Of a DNA stretch of 56,881 nt, positions 11,961 through 24,713 are shown piece by piece. The notes under the pieces are model-generated. The model saw only the letters and a program-made list of their open reading frames with translations, was not told the DNA's origin and searched no databases. Location of the stretch: positions 1 through 56,881 of the forward strand of contig JAAILG010002211.1 of assembly GCA_012026655.1 (NCBI GenBank), written 5' to 3'. The DNA comes from Hydrolagus affinis (lineage: Eukaryota). The number at the start of each line of letters is the position of its first letter. Positions within the stretch are counted from its first letter, which is position 1. A program made the translations under genes and the position numbers.

Positions 11961-13250
11961 TGTGGCGAAGTAATTGAAATTGCAGCCACCTATGGTATGA
12001 GGCATAGGCAGGAGGCCAGAGCCAATCGAGCGGAGGTCGTTGGTTGCACGAACTACAAGTCTTCCTGTTGTGTTCAAGATTCAATTGTTGTTCTAGAAAA
12101 GAGCCGGTGTAAGGAGGAGAGAGACAAAATGAATCGATCACTTCGAGCCTCGACTCCTGGATCCCAACTCCTTGTTTTTATTTTTCTGAGAATACAAAGA
12201 GCTTCCCTGGACAGACTACATTCCCCACCAGCCTCGGGGCTCCCCAGAGCTTTAGTTTAACAGTATTCAGATAATTGAACAGGTCACCTGTAATGGCACT
12301 TTTGTACCAATACACAATAACTGGTACAAATTGATACAAATCAATACTGAGCATGTGTCTGACCAGCGTTAAGTGACTGCACTCGTATCTGCAGACGTCA
12401 CCCAAATAAGCTTAAGAAAGCAGATTTTAAACAAGCTTCATAAATGTCACGATCATGGTCCAAACATGGCTGTGATTGTACGTGTCTTGTTTACATCTTG
12501 TGGCCTTGGCTTTGTTTGTCTGACCCTGTGCCTGGGTTTCACTGAAATGGAGCTCGGTGATGGGCTGAGGCGTCCGCTAAGTTTCTGATCAAATGGTTTC
12601 TGAATAGTAATCAAAATTACCCACCCACCGCCTTTCTGCTTTGTGGAGCTGAGGTGTCATGAAGAGATTGAGAGCTTTGCCAACTTAATGAGGAAACGCT
12701 GCTAGAGGTTTTAAAATGATTTTTAAAGTAGTTTAAAACTCCTCGTTCCCATTTAAAGGAGCAGGTCAGAGGCATGCCTTACTGGTTTGTTTTCAGTTAC
12801 ACCTGGACCTGAATTATCCCAATCCTAGATTTCACACAGCATCAAAATCATCATTTTATTATAAATATAATTTTGATACAGATCATTACTGAACCAAGTT
12901 ACAATGATGCACATTTCCTAGGGCCTCTCCCAGGCTATCTAATACTCCCATTAGAGGTCCTGCTATTGAGCAATGTAAAACAAGTACATTATTTAAGGGA
13001 AAGGGCAATGTGGTGAAAGCACTTGCTGGGTAGAGTTAGTGTGAATGCCAGTGTTTTACTGTTCCTCGTTGCTGGAGTTGGCCCACATATTCAAGGTCAC
13101 ATCTATAACTCGGGGGGTGACGTCATTTGATATGTTAAATCCGTTAACTAGTTAGAAATGATTGCACCAGTTTGTGGGTGAAAGATATGTTGGCTGTGGC
13201 TTCCACACGTACAGTCCAATACCAATCGGTGTTGTTTGGTGCCCTAACAG

Positions 13251-13439
13251 GAGCAGGCCATCGAGGTGCTGACACGGTCCAGTCTGGAGGTTGAGTTGGC
13301 GGCTAAAGACCGTGAGATTGTGCAGCTGGTGGAGGACGTGCAGCGGCTACAGGCAAACCTGACCAAACTCCGCGAGAGCTCAGCAGGTCAAGTCTCACAG
13401 CTCGAGCAGCAGCTCAGTGTTAAGAACAGCACCCTGAAG
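13251..13439 (+). CDS. CUX1: CUX1 coding exon (~exon 11, 189 nt): [63 protein letters not shown]
   Basis: Boundaries ccctaacag|GAG CAG GCC ... CTG AAG|gtgagc; overlaps ORF 13266..13580. Confidence 0.95.
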
Positions 13440-13736
13440 GTGAGCTACCACTCCCAGCCTGGGCTCCACCTGCCCCCAGCCCCCCACCCCACCCCGACTC
13501 TGAGCTTCAGCCTCAGCCTCCCCTGCCTGCCCAACGCTGGATGGACAGCAGCCCTTTACTTTCTCTTGCTGTTTAGATGAGAAATTTCTGCTTCTTTTGC
13601 CTGGACCAGGATTACAGTTATGATTTAAAAGCACGTCAGTGGGTTTAGGCCGCGGGTGGCTGTGAGTGCCACTGACTGCCATGCCAGGTGCGGGTGTTTT
13701 GCTAAATCTTCTGAGGTGTCGATCATTCTTTTTCAG

Positions 13737-13795
13737 CAACTTGAAGAAAAGCTGAAAGGACAGTCTGACTATGAAGAGGTGAAGAAAGAGCTGAG
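13737..13795 (+). CDS. CUX1: CUX1 coding exon (~exon 12, 59 nt): QLEEKLKGQSDYEEVKKEL(S)
   Basis: Boundaries ttctttttcag|CAA CTT GAA ... CTG AG|gtgagt. Confidence 0.94.
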
Positions 13796-14029
13796 GTGAG
13801 TGTGATCTCAGTGTGTGCAGATAACAGGAGGATTTAACAGTGTCAGTCCGCACCCACTGGCTTCCTGGAAAACAATCATACTATTTCCTCTTCCCCTTCC
13901 CCTCTAATTTCTGGAGTTAGTTCTCAGCCATGTTGATGTGGATGGGGTGATCCTATTGCACAAACATCTCCATGGACATCTCCATCTCCATAGTTCTGTC
14001 GCTTTAAAGATTTGCCACGAGATGTAAAT

Positions 14030-14200
14030 GAGAGCCTCAGTAAGCACCCCCCAGCTTTCCCTTTAGCCTCACAGTTCACTTAGACAAGAATTGAGTCTTG
14101 CTCAGGGGGTGCCCTGGATGTGAATGTCAGTGGAGCCTGGGATTGAACTCGAGGATCCTGGTCAGGAAGCCAGCGCTGTAGTCTTGTGGCTGCTGGCTTA
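14030..14200 (-). mobile_element. Older tRNA-derived (CORE/MIR-like) SINE fragment
   Basis: gcctgggattgaactcgagg is a reverse-complemented B box (GTTCAATCCC); cttgctcagggg resembles the CORE segment. Confidence 0.4.
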
Positions 14201-15609
14201 CCTCTCGGCACATATTTAAATTACCCTATTGGTGAAAACGTTCTATTTTTGTCAACGTTTCCGCTTCTTGTTCACATGGGAAGCTCTCTCGGTGCAGGCT
14301 GACCAGGAAAGCTCTATATTCCCCAAATGTTCGCCGGTATTCTTGTTTGAGACTGCGGTGAACCCACCACTTGCCATAGTGGGACAGTCAGCCTGAAACC
14401 CAGTGTGTTTTTAAGTTGATGGTAATTGTGGGGTGGGTGCTCCGGGAACCTGATGTTCTCTCTCAGGGATTCCATATTCCTGTGTACATTCTAACAGGAA
14501 ACATCCTCTCCCAGAACCTTATTAATCAGCCCTAAAAGACAGCTAGAGTATAACACACACTCCATATGTTTACTGAGAGTTTTTTTTACCACAAAACAAA
14601 AGTAACGTTTGGTTGTGCTTGCTAGTGGCCACTTTAGAGTTTGTGAGAGGGAAAAAAATGATTGCTGTAAAAATCAGATCAGAAAATTCTGCCGTATTAA
14701 TAAAGAACCTCTGATTCTTTGTGGAGCTGTTCAGTTTATATTCCTCTTCTTTGCTCATCTCTCTCCCTCCTCTGTCTTCCCCCTTTCCCCCCAACTCATG
14801 TGCTGTGAGTCAGTCTTGCAGAAAGCTCTCCTCTCATTGCATAATTAAATTCCATGCCAGTCGTGAGAAAGACTAGTTTTCTTTTACTTACAGCTTTACG
14901 AAGCAAAAATATTTTCAAGCGCTCAAACCCATTAAACTGTAATTGTGTGCTTCAAATTACATTAATAACTTATGCTAGTTAAGGTAAATTATGAATAGCT
15001 GGATGTTTTATCAATTAAATAGCGAGCACTCTTTATTATAAAATGAAGACCCAGCTCTGTTATTGCGATGGTGGTTTCTGCCCCAGTCTCTCTGGTTGGG
15101 ATGATCAGGCCAGGCACAGCTTCCTCTGACACCTAAACTTACTGAGCCACCGTATCCTCCCAGAATGTTGTCCTAGCGAGCAGGAGCCAGGTAAACAGGT
15201 GAGTGAGCTCTCGCCTAGTACTGTGCTGGGTTACACTAATATCCCACAGTCAGTTTGTAATTATATCTTTATATTTCAAACATTGTTTGGCACTTTTGGT
15301 ATTTTAATTCTCGTGCAATTGAGATGTTTAATGGAACAGATTCTTTTCAGGAGAGAGCGTGGGGTCAGAGCAGCCTGCTCACCTCTCCTCTGATTGACTT
15401 ATGTGATGATGAGTTTGATCTCACGCCAGAATTGAAGCTTGTTTTGGGAAACATTACACATTTCGACGAAATTAACTCAAAAAGTGGAGATTGTGTGTGA
15501 CAAGACAGTCAGACCAGAGACCGGGTTGATGAAGATGAGAGCATAGGATCATTCCATTAGTTTTAGATATTAATAATTGTCTTTGCAACAAACATTACTT
15601 ATTCGAGTA

Positions 15610-15715
15610 GCACCCACTTATTTACAGTCAATTCACTTTACTGTATATTCTGTGAAGTGATTTGGAATTTCTAGAAGACGTGAAAAGCTCTATATCTAAT
15701 CCAAGGATTATTGTT
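15610..15715 (+). mobile_element. SINE 3' fragment
   Basis: acagtcaattcactttactgtatattctgtgaag...aaggattattg. Confidence 0.75.
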
Positions 15716-16399
15716 AGTAAAAGTTATGGAAATTTTCTATCTCATACTTAATTGAATATGACCTTATTCCACAGCCGTAGCTAAAAACCAAACACTTCAA
15801 TTCCTTTCTTTTCAGTCTCTCTCCGTACCCTTCAGAACGAGTTTCAAACAAATCCATCGCATTTTTCATTCCTTAAAGTGACGCTGTTCATCTTGTGGTA
15901 TGGAGAAAGGGTTCCTTGTTTTGGGCATATTTTGAATATCTCCTATAGTTTGTCCCACTTTTAGAGCAAATCTTGAGTCAATGTGTAGAGTCGATGATTT
16001 ATTTTGAACAAATTGTGCTTGAAGCGTGTTAGGTTATGTAAGACAATAAGAGATCTAATAAGGTATTCTGAGATCTGGTGAATTCAAACTGCATTGCGGA
16101 GGCTGTGGTTGATATGGACTTGGGGAAGGTACAGCCTACCTTCCCATTGTGCTGCTGATGTAGATAGCAGAATAACACTCGCCTTGCATTCAGATCTTTT
16201 GTGTTAATTGGATGCAGACAAGATTATTGAGGGTGTGCAAGGAAGGACAAAGATAGCATTTGTGTTTGTTCAATCAAACGGGACACTGATTTGGGAGAAT
16301 ATCAGAAAATACCTAACTGGAGATTTCATGCTTGATATGTTGTTTAAACTATCCGTGGAGTGGGGAGGAGTTTCAAATTGGAACTTGCTCTTCACTTTT

Positions 16400-16709
16400 G
16401 GAGTCCTGTAGATCAGTGGTTAGAGCACTTGCCTTTCAAGCAACAGACATGGGTTCAACTTCCAGCAAGGCAAAATCTTGCGAAAGTTTCCTTATTCCAC
16501 CCACCTGAATAATAATCCCTCAAACACAAATTGGTCATTTCAAACTACTACTGTTTGTGGGACGCTGCTGTGCGCAATTGGTTGCCACGTTTCACCCACA
16601 AATATACAGTCAATTCACTTTACAGTATATTCTGTGAAGCGCTTTGAGATGTCTAGAAGAAGTGAAAAGCGCCATGTCAAATGCAAGGATTATTATTATT
16701 ATTATTATT
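16400..16709 (+). mobile_element. tRNA-derived SINE, full length (short form)
   Basis: ggagtcctgtagatcagtggttagagcac (A box), gggttcaacttcc (B box), tail aaatgcaaggat(tat)n. Confidence 0.88.
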
Positions 16710-17735
16710 CACTAAAGTGATGCTCTGAAGGTTTCTTGCTGACAAAACTTTGTGGCCAAGCTGCCATTTTGCTGTTGAAAAGTACAAGCCATCTCCACTT
16801 GGTACTGAGAGGAGAGGAGAGCAGCGGTGTGAGGGAGCAGTGCAGTACTGGCGGGGGAGGTGGGAAGGGTGCATTGCATTTTACCATTTTTGTTGGTTCA
16901 GATGAGCTACTTTTTGTTTTATTATTTTATTATTAATACAAGGCAAGGCTCCCAAACAGTTTTAGGAACTTGTGCTTTTAACTATCAAATCCCTTTTAAC
17001 ATTAAAGTGCTGCTGCTCAATTCTCTGCAGGATGTGGGAAGTCTGCTGCTTGATTTTTTTCACCCTTTAAATTAAGCTGTTTGTTGAGACAGATATGGCC
17101 TGTAGGGACGTGCACCCCGTTTCTAGCTTGTCCTGCCAGCTCCTGGCCTTTCAGTTGCTCGTGCTGGTTCCTGTGCTATTTGATGCAGGTTACAGCCTGA
17201 TATTAAGGTAGCCTGAAGATCGGTTCCATTCCTTGGTGGATGCGGATAGAGTTTGTCACAGCAATGTTCTGATTAGAATACGCAGTAATGGCACATTTTT
17301 ACTTTAACAAAGATTTCATTGTGGATCCAGGCAGTTCACAGTAGTAACTGATCTGACATGAATAAGCCTTAAGGATTGCAGGCTTCACAATCAGCACAAG
17401 TGGGGGTGAAAGCTTCTGACAGCTTAAAATGTTACATTCTTATTAACCTTTATATATGCCCTCTAAAAACCCTTATGGAATTGCATACGCAACAACCTAG
17501 TTGACTTTTAACACTACTTTGCAGCTCAGATAGTTCTATTTGTTGGTGAAATCAAACACTTTGGATATGACATTGTCCAGTGATGATGTTACCAGTTTAA
17601 TTATTTCTTCTGTATGTTGAGAGTGAGCAGTGTTGTGCTACTGTCAGTCCTGTGGGTGAAAGCTCAGGTTGATCAGTCCAGCCTGGGATTGCTTGTATCA
17701 GTGCAGTATTTAAATGCTGTTCTTTCCCTCTACAG

Positions 17736-17784
17736 TATCCTAAAGTCCATGGAATTTGTACCTTCAGAAGGATCTGGATCACAG
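17736..17784 (+). CDS. CUX1: CUX1 coding exon (~exon 13, 49 nt): (S)ILKSMEFVPSEGSGSQ
   Basis: Boundaries ttccctctacag|T ATC CTA AAG ... TCA CAG|gtatgt; human has ILKSMEFAPSEGAGTQ. Confidence 0.93.
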
Positions 17785-18204
17785 GTATGTTGAGTTCTGT
17801 TATAACTTTGTTCAGAGTATAAGTCTCCCCATTTACCCCAAGAATCTTCCCGAGAGTAAACTTCAGATGATCTGCATCTGTCAAGACAGATGGAGCCACT
17901 GCAGATCTGAAACTGCAGTGGAAGCTCTGGTTGGGGTAACAGTGGGCTTTCTCAGGTTGAAAAGCGCTAGATCTAAAAGCTTAGCCATCTCTCCTACACA
18001 CTCAGGTCAGCTTGCACTCTGGGGCGGTTCATAATGGGTTAAAATTATGCACCTGGAATGTGTTCCTGGTTTATAACAATAGGTTTATGTATGGAGACAA
18101 GCCCCTCAGGCATTTTCATCAACCCCCCCCTCCACTCTGCTCCTCATTGCCATAAACTAACACTAGAATGATTTCTCAACTTCAGAGAGAAATTGTCTCG
18201 TGCC

Positions 18205-18900
18205 CTCCCTATACACACACACTTGCTGACGCATGCACTAGCTCACACAAACACATCTCGCTTACACACACTTGCTCACCCAAACACACTCACTCAAACA
18301 GACACGCTCGCTCACACAAACACTCGCTCACAGACACACACTCACACAGACACACATGCTCACACAGACACACTCGCTCACACAAACACACTCACTCACA
18401 CAAACACACTCGCTCACACAAACACACTTGCTCACAGACACACAAACTCACACAAACACACATGTTCACCCAAACACACTCGCTCAAATAGACACACTCG
18501 CTCACACAAACACTCGCTCACACACTCATGCACAAACACTCGCTCATGCACACACTCCCTCACACACACACATATTCGCTCACACAGATACACTTGCTCA
18601 CACAGACACACTCACACAAACACACTTGATCACACACTCACGCACACACTCAGTCATCACACATACATCTCGCTTATACACACATTTGCTCACACAGACA
18701 CACTGGCTGGGGTAACAGTCACACACACTCGCTCACACAAACACACTCGCTCATAGACACTCGCACACACTCACTCGCTCACACACGCGCATATACCCTC
18801 GCTCGTGTGCAGGCACATTCCCTCGCTCTCATGCATACACATTCACTCACAGACACGCATACACATACTCATTCACACACTCTCCCACGCAAACTCCACA
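18205..18900. repeat. CA-rich minisatellite, ~18-bp unit cacactcgctcacacaaa
   Basis: Degenerate tandem units; source of the His/Thr-rich spurious ORFs at 18168-19058. Confidence 0.9.
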
Positions 18901-21113
18901 CAGAGATATTCAACTTCAGCAAAGTCTGGTTGCTGCTAAAGGTGTTCCTGGCATTGATTGGGGTCAGAGCCCTGCACTGTTGTGTGGGACACATCAAGGT
19001 ATCTGCAGCAGCAAATATTTACAGACTCAGCAAACTGGACTGCAGTGATGTGGTCTGAAGACTTGGTCTTTTGCGAACCTGACACTTACAATTCTAACCT
19101 GAAGGAGTGAAGCTCCACAATGAGAATTCGCATTTAATCCCTGATCATTTTCCTCTTTTTTTTAAACTTGTAAACTTTTTTAAGAATTCCTGAATAATTG
19201 TCCAATAATGCTTTAAAATTACAATCACCTCCTGGTTAATCTGCTGTTGTTTGTAATAATGGTCTGATGTATGAGATGGGGCTTGGGTTTAGGAACCACA
19301 TTTGACATTATGGCGATAGAGTGCGTTACTGTGTGTGTGTGTGTGTGTATTTGCTGGGTTTGGAAGAGAAGAAACCGATCCCTTTACACCGGCATGTTGT
19401 GAAAGCAAAGCATGGTGTGACCTGGAGTTAGCAGTCTGGTGCCTCTGGCCTGTCACATGCTTTGTACCTATCACTGGTATTTATAAGAATTTACAGAAGT
19501 GTAAAAACTGATCTGTTCATCTTGTACTTTTGAGTATTTCAGTTAAGTACTAAATCAGAATGACAGGAGGGAATTATAAATCCCACACAAGTTGAATATT
19601 ATCCTTTTAAATGCTAATGGGAATCCGTGTTGAAGTGTAACCATCTTCTCTTTACAAGTTGTACTTTTGTGGATTGATCTTTTGCACCTGAAAGGATGAA
19701 AGCTTTTTTTTATCTTGTACATCTGGAACTAAACGCCTCAGCGTCTGCCGCCGTCTTAATCGCAGAACATAATGTGCTATTCATTATTTTTTGAAAAGGA
19801 TTCCAACAGTGGAGAAGGAGTGGGGGAGGTCAATGTAGCAGTAATGTCTTTCCCATATGTTACACGCCTCTGATGGAGTAACGATGGGATCCAATCCTAC
19901 TAATTTGCTCAGGATTGATATTTTGGGTTTGGGGTTTACAGCAACAAGATAGGCACCAGGAAGACAAATATTTTAGACACTTTGAGGAACATCTTATTTC
20001 AGAAGAAAGTCACACAATTCTAAGTACCAAAGTCCACAAAGATCAGATAATGATTAAAGAACAAAATGAATAATGAATTGGTAAATGCTCTATATTAATG
20101 CACAGTGTAGTGCTCAGTTTTTTGTTCCTAGCGTATTGTCACTGTGCTAATATGACACAGGGTGACCCTGTCCGGCTTAATCTACACTGGAATCGTTCAG
20201 CGTAAATGCATTTCACTTGAATCATTTTCAATGTCGTTTGTGATTTTTTTAATGTCGCAGAATTGATGTTATATCTAATCGTCGATTATACATCACATGA
20301 AATTATGTTTTCTCAACAAGCCTGATATTCCATCACATTGTCAGAAATTTATCAATGGTTTAGATGTGGTTAACTTTCAGAAGGAGAGTTTATCTGTACC
20401 AAGTCAATTTGAGTTAATGCTCTCATGTCTCACATGCTCCTCACCGTTTCCCCCACCCTTCCACACATACAGTACTTCTGAATCCTCCAACAACAAAAGA
20501 ATGATAAAAATTTGGTCACTTAATCCATGAATGTTTGTGAAACACTGCTGTGCACAATTGACTCGAATTTAGCTGTAACCCAGGAAAGGAGACTCGAATA
20601 GAAATAGCGAGATTTACACAAAAAGAGCCTCATAAGAATGGAACTGTAACTAATTCTTGGATTACAGATTAATTTAGTTGAGCAGCGAAAGAGAGAGAGC
20701 ACTAGATAAACTAGATAGGTGTGCTCCTGACTGTTTAGAATGCTGAACATTGAACACATTTTCAGAAGAGAATATTTGTAGAATTCTGTGTTTTTTAGAA
20801 TCTTTATTTGAAAAACACTTTTATTGCACAAAATGTAATACAAGTTTTTTGAGGAATAGTAGAGAATAATAAGGGTATGGTACACACTTCAATACAGTTT
20901 GTGGGGTAACAAATGAAAGGGAAATGTTTGCCAGACAATTTTAATGAGACGCTGCTCCTTTAAAGAACTTGTGCATAGAAAGATGTTGCCCTGGGCTACA
21001 TGTCGGCCGTTAATTTTGATTCCTAATGAGCCCTTGATTTAAGAGCAATGAGTTCTGAAATATCACACATTTAATGCTAAGTAAATCTGACTACATTACT
21101 GTTGTCTTATCAG

Positions 21114-21210
21114 GACACATCCAAGACCCTGGAGGTACTTCTGCTGGAGAAGAACCGATCTCTGCAGTCTGAAAATGCAACTCTGCGCATCACCAACAGC
21201 GACCTTAGCG
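21114..21210 (+). CDS. CUX1: CUX1 coding exon (~exon 14, 97 nt; in mammals the last exon shared with the CASP isoform): [32 protein letters not shown](G)
   Basis: Boundaries gtcttatcag|GAC ACA ... CTT AGC G|gtaggt; within ORF 21102..21395. Confidence 0.95.
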
Positions 21211-21819
21211 GTAGGTCTTTGTGTTTGCGACTAGCATTGCTGTATTTGGGGAGTGTGAGGAGCTGGGCTGCAGATGAAAGCTGGCTCCGGTGCATGGCAG
21301 TAAGATTACTGTGTGTTTTGTACAGACTGGGTAATAGGAGGAAGCTGGAGACCTTTGAAACAGTTTATTTTCATAAAAAAAGTTTTTTTTCCTGAATCTT
21401 ACTAGGATGCATTTGGTATATAAGCTGTGTTTTTCTCATTGGATTGTGTCTGAGTATATAATGGCGATTACAGTGTTTAATTAAGTGTAATTAATGTCAT
21501 TTTGTATTTGGTGCAATTATCTCTCTGGGTAGAGTTTTGTGTGCTAAAATAACACATAACCTGACTGTGGTACTCGCACAATGTAATTGTTGGCTATGGG
21601 CAGGGATTCTCCAGGCTGTCGTATACAAGAAAGGTACAAACATGAAATGCATGACTCCTGTCGTTTGGGGGCTAGTTTGGCACATTCAAATTTGACCAGT
21701 AAGATGGGCACAGAAGCCCTTCCTAACCTGCGTTGTTTGGGCTAAAGTTTGCTCTCTTTTTTCTTCAAGGTTTTACTCTTCACTCCCCCATAATGCATTG
21801 TGTTTGACCTTTCTTGTAG

Positions 21820-22491
21820 GGTCAGCCGGGAGAAATGGGAAAGACCGACTTGAGAGTCTACGCCCTTCGACCTCACCATCCTCCCCTCCCTCTAAGTTGC
21901 TGCGTAACGCGAGTGAGCAGGCTTCCAGTGCTAATGGTACGCACCAATTCTCACCGACCGTTTTAGGTCAAGACTTTTTCAACACATCATTGACCAGCTC
22001 CCCATTCCCCCTGGCTTCTGCGGGGAAATTTGCACTAAATTCTCTTCTTCAGCGGCAGCTAATGCAGTCCTTCTACTCCAAGGCAATGCAGGATGCGGGA
22101 AGCACAACCATGCTTTTTCCAACAGGTCCCTACAGCACAAACTCCATATCGGCCCCCAGCCCCATCCAGCAGAACTCAGACCTCAACGGAATGATTCCCT
22201 CACCCAGCCAGTCTGAGAGCGCTGGCAGCATATCTGAGGGTGAGGAGCTGGACACAGCGGAGATTGCACGGCAGGTCAAAGAACAGCTCATCAAGCATAA
22301 CATTGGTCAGCGAATATTTGGACATTATGTACTGGGGCTGTCGCAAGGCTCTGTGAGCGAGATACTGGCCCGACCCAAACCATGGAATAAACTGACTGTC
22401 CGAGGGAAAGAGCCCTTTCATAAGATGAAGCAGTTCCTCTCCGAGGAGCAGAACATATTGGCGTTGCGCAGCATCCAAGGCAGGCAAAGAG
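21820..22491 (+). CDS. CUX1: CUX1 coding exon (~exon 15, 672 nt) containing CUT repeat 1 ([50 protein letters not shown]...)
   Basis: Boundaries ttcttgtag|GG TCA GCC ... CAA AGA G|gtgagt; ORF 21798..22499 carries the CUT signature [18 protein letters not shown]. Confidence 0.97.
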
Positions 22492-22654
22492 GTGAGTGAG
22501 AAACCAGTGAGTCCTTCCTACTAGAACTGGTAAGGAGATGATATTCCTTCTGGTGACCTCTGTTATCTCTGTAGAATTCTAGTGAAAATGGGAATTGCTC
22601 AGATTGCTGCGTCACTTTGAGAAAAGGATGGAAAAAAGGAGCGCTAAAATATAG

Positions 22655-22770
22655 GGCACGGGGAGGTAGTCGGGACAGGGAGGGAGGGCTAGTGGAGGGG
22701 ACAGGGAAGGAGGGACAGTAGAAGGGACAGGGAAGGAGGGAGGGCACAGGGTGGGTGGGAAGTGGAGGAA
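22655..22770. repeat. Purine/G-rich low-complexity repeat (gggacagggaaggagggacag)
   Basis: Repeated GGGACAG/GGGAAGG units just downstream of the CUT1 exon. Confidence 0.6.
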
Positions 22771-22955
22771 GAGACTAGATTTTATATTTATATTTTGTAA
22801 CTCATTATAATCTAGTTCTTCATATCATGCTGAGCGACTGAACTGAGGTTCAGCTCCCAATCTATTGCTCAATTTGGAAAGGTTCGATTCAAAGCAATGT
22901 TAGTTCTGAGATTATCCCCTTGTGGGGGGGAGGGGTGGGCAGCAATAAATTGACC

Positions 22956-22974
22956 TGGTGCCCCCTAGAGGCTA
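22956..22974 (-). promoter_or_regulatory. CTCF-like motif
   Basis: Minus strand gcCTCTAGGGGGCACca versus consensus CCASYAGRKGGCRS; motif match only. Confidence 0.3.
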
Positions 22975-24574
22975 GAGAGGGGATACACAACCAGGGCTAC
23001 TCTTCCCTATTTACTGTGTAATAAACCCTGCTGGGAAGACTGTGTGAGAGCGTGGGGAGTAGGGCGTTATGTTCAGCTGGGATATTCTACCCCACCCGCC
23101 CATCCACTCACCCACTTACTGGGTTGGAACACCAAACGTGACTCACGGGATGGGGTATTGGAGAGCTGTACTCCCATCATGTGGTGCTAATTTACACTTT
23201 TTTAAAACATGGGTGTCAGTGATTGCAGTGTAATGTCCCATGTGTACAGCAACTCTGCTCTTGTGTCCATTCCCTGTGTGTGGCTGGGGTGGTGGGGGTG
23301 GGGGGTGAGGGGTGAAGATCCCACATAAAGTGTAGCAGTGCTGGTGTTAATCAGAAGGGCCCACTGTACACTGCTTGATACCAAGAGCCACTAGAGATTC
23401 TGCACCGGTTTCTATGGACTGGTTTGTTGTTTGTGAGGTGGGGATGGGGGTGGAGTGGTGGGGGAATTGCTCTATTGTATAATTTGTTGCAGTGACTTGT
23501 CTGTAGCTGAGGAGGTAGTTTCAATAGCCTGACCCCAGCACTGACTGTACCTCTCCCACGGAAACCGATCACAAGGTAAAGGAGGGCCTTGTCCTTTCAG
23601 ACTCCAAATCATTACAGCATTCAAGCTGTTTCTTAAATGAATCCATTGTCCTAGTTTCTATTTCTGCTTCAGAAGGAAACCGACTTATCTGGTGTACCGA
23701 GCCACATAGACTATTTTGATAGTCTTTATCCACTGCCCTGTCCCACCTGGATATGTATCCAATGGTTTAGACCAGACACAAACTTCTGATCCATTGTCAG
23801 AGAAGCCAAGGGTGAAAGGCAAGTTAAGACAGACACTTGGAAATATTTCTTTACACTAACTGGGAATCGACAGTTGGAACAGGATGATTGGGACCAGGAC
23901 ACTGCACTCACTGAGATACTGTTTGCTGCTATCATGAGGAAGATCTGAAAGGCTGAGATCTCAGAGTTTATCATTCGCAAGGTTCTCTGGCTACTCTCTT
24001 GTGATCAGGTGTAAATTATTCTTTTACATTTTGGCAAAAACGTCAAAAGACTCGCTCTGTGGGGACAACTTCAGGCCAACAGACAGTGGCCACAGCCTCT
24101 GCACCTGGTCCTGTCTGGGGTCAGTGTTCACATGAAGACCCACGATTCCGGTCCTCTCTCCAGCCTGTCCCAGTGGCAGTGCTGATTGCCATGCACAGTG
24201 CCCAGCAGTGAAGCAGCGCCCGGTGGCACCGGGCAGGTACTGCAGCTGGATCTGCCGCAGCCTGTCCTCAGACGGGCTTGGGTGTTACCAACATTCTGTG
24301 CTTTATTTAGCCTGCCTTCCTGTCATGTCGTCAAACGCACATCTGTGATATTACTCTCCGAGCCTAATCTCCCCACTGCTAACCATTCAAGCATTTGATT
24401 GTGGTAGTAAATGGCCAGAGACATGCTGATACACTGCGGATTTTCCCACTCCCCACCCCCAACCTCCTGCTTCTGGCACTTTCTTGTGTCAGACGTTCTG
24501 ATCTGTGCGGGTGTCGGAGAGCGGGGCTCCCAGCCGGGTTTCAGTGGCTGCTGTCCGTTCCTCTCTGACATCGT

Positions 24575-24713
24575 TATCTGTGAGCGATTGGCTGCGGCCT
24601 TTCGCCTGCAAAATACACAGTCACTACACTTTACAATGTATTTTGTGAAGCGTTTTAAGATGTCTCGAAGATGTGATAATGCGTTACATCAAATACAAGG
24701 ATTATTATTATTA
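24575..24713 (+). mobile_element. SINE 3' fragment
   Basis: ctgtgagcgattggctgcggcctttcgcc...gtgaagcg...atcaaatacaaggattattatta. Confidence 0.75.

Noticed and set aside
16400-16470. tRNA-like sequences (also at ~2300-2370, 5306, 30625, 33979)
   Set aside because: These are SINE heads with A/B boxes that continue into the SINE body; no complete cloverleaf.
18168-19058. His/Thr-rich ORFs up to 187 aa in three frames
   Set aside because: Translations of a CA minisatellite that lacks stop codons; no splice or start context.
22200-22487. Antisense ORFs over CUX1 exons (also 13395..13853 and 34722..35075)
   Set aside because: Shadow frames of GC-rich coding exons with no independent evidence.
22820-23200. 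Possible ancient SINE remnants (also ~30190-30290 and ~35365-35620)
   Set aside because: They vaguely resemble old shark SINEs but are too degenerate to assign or delimit without alignment.
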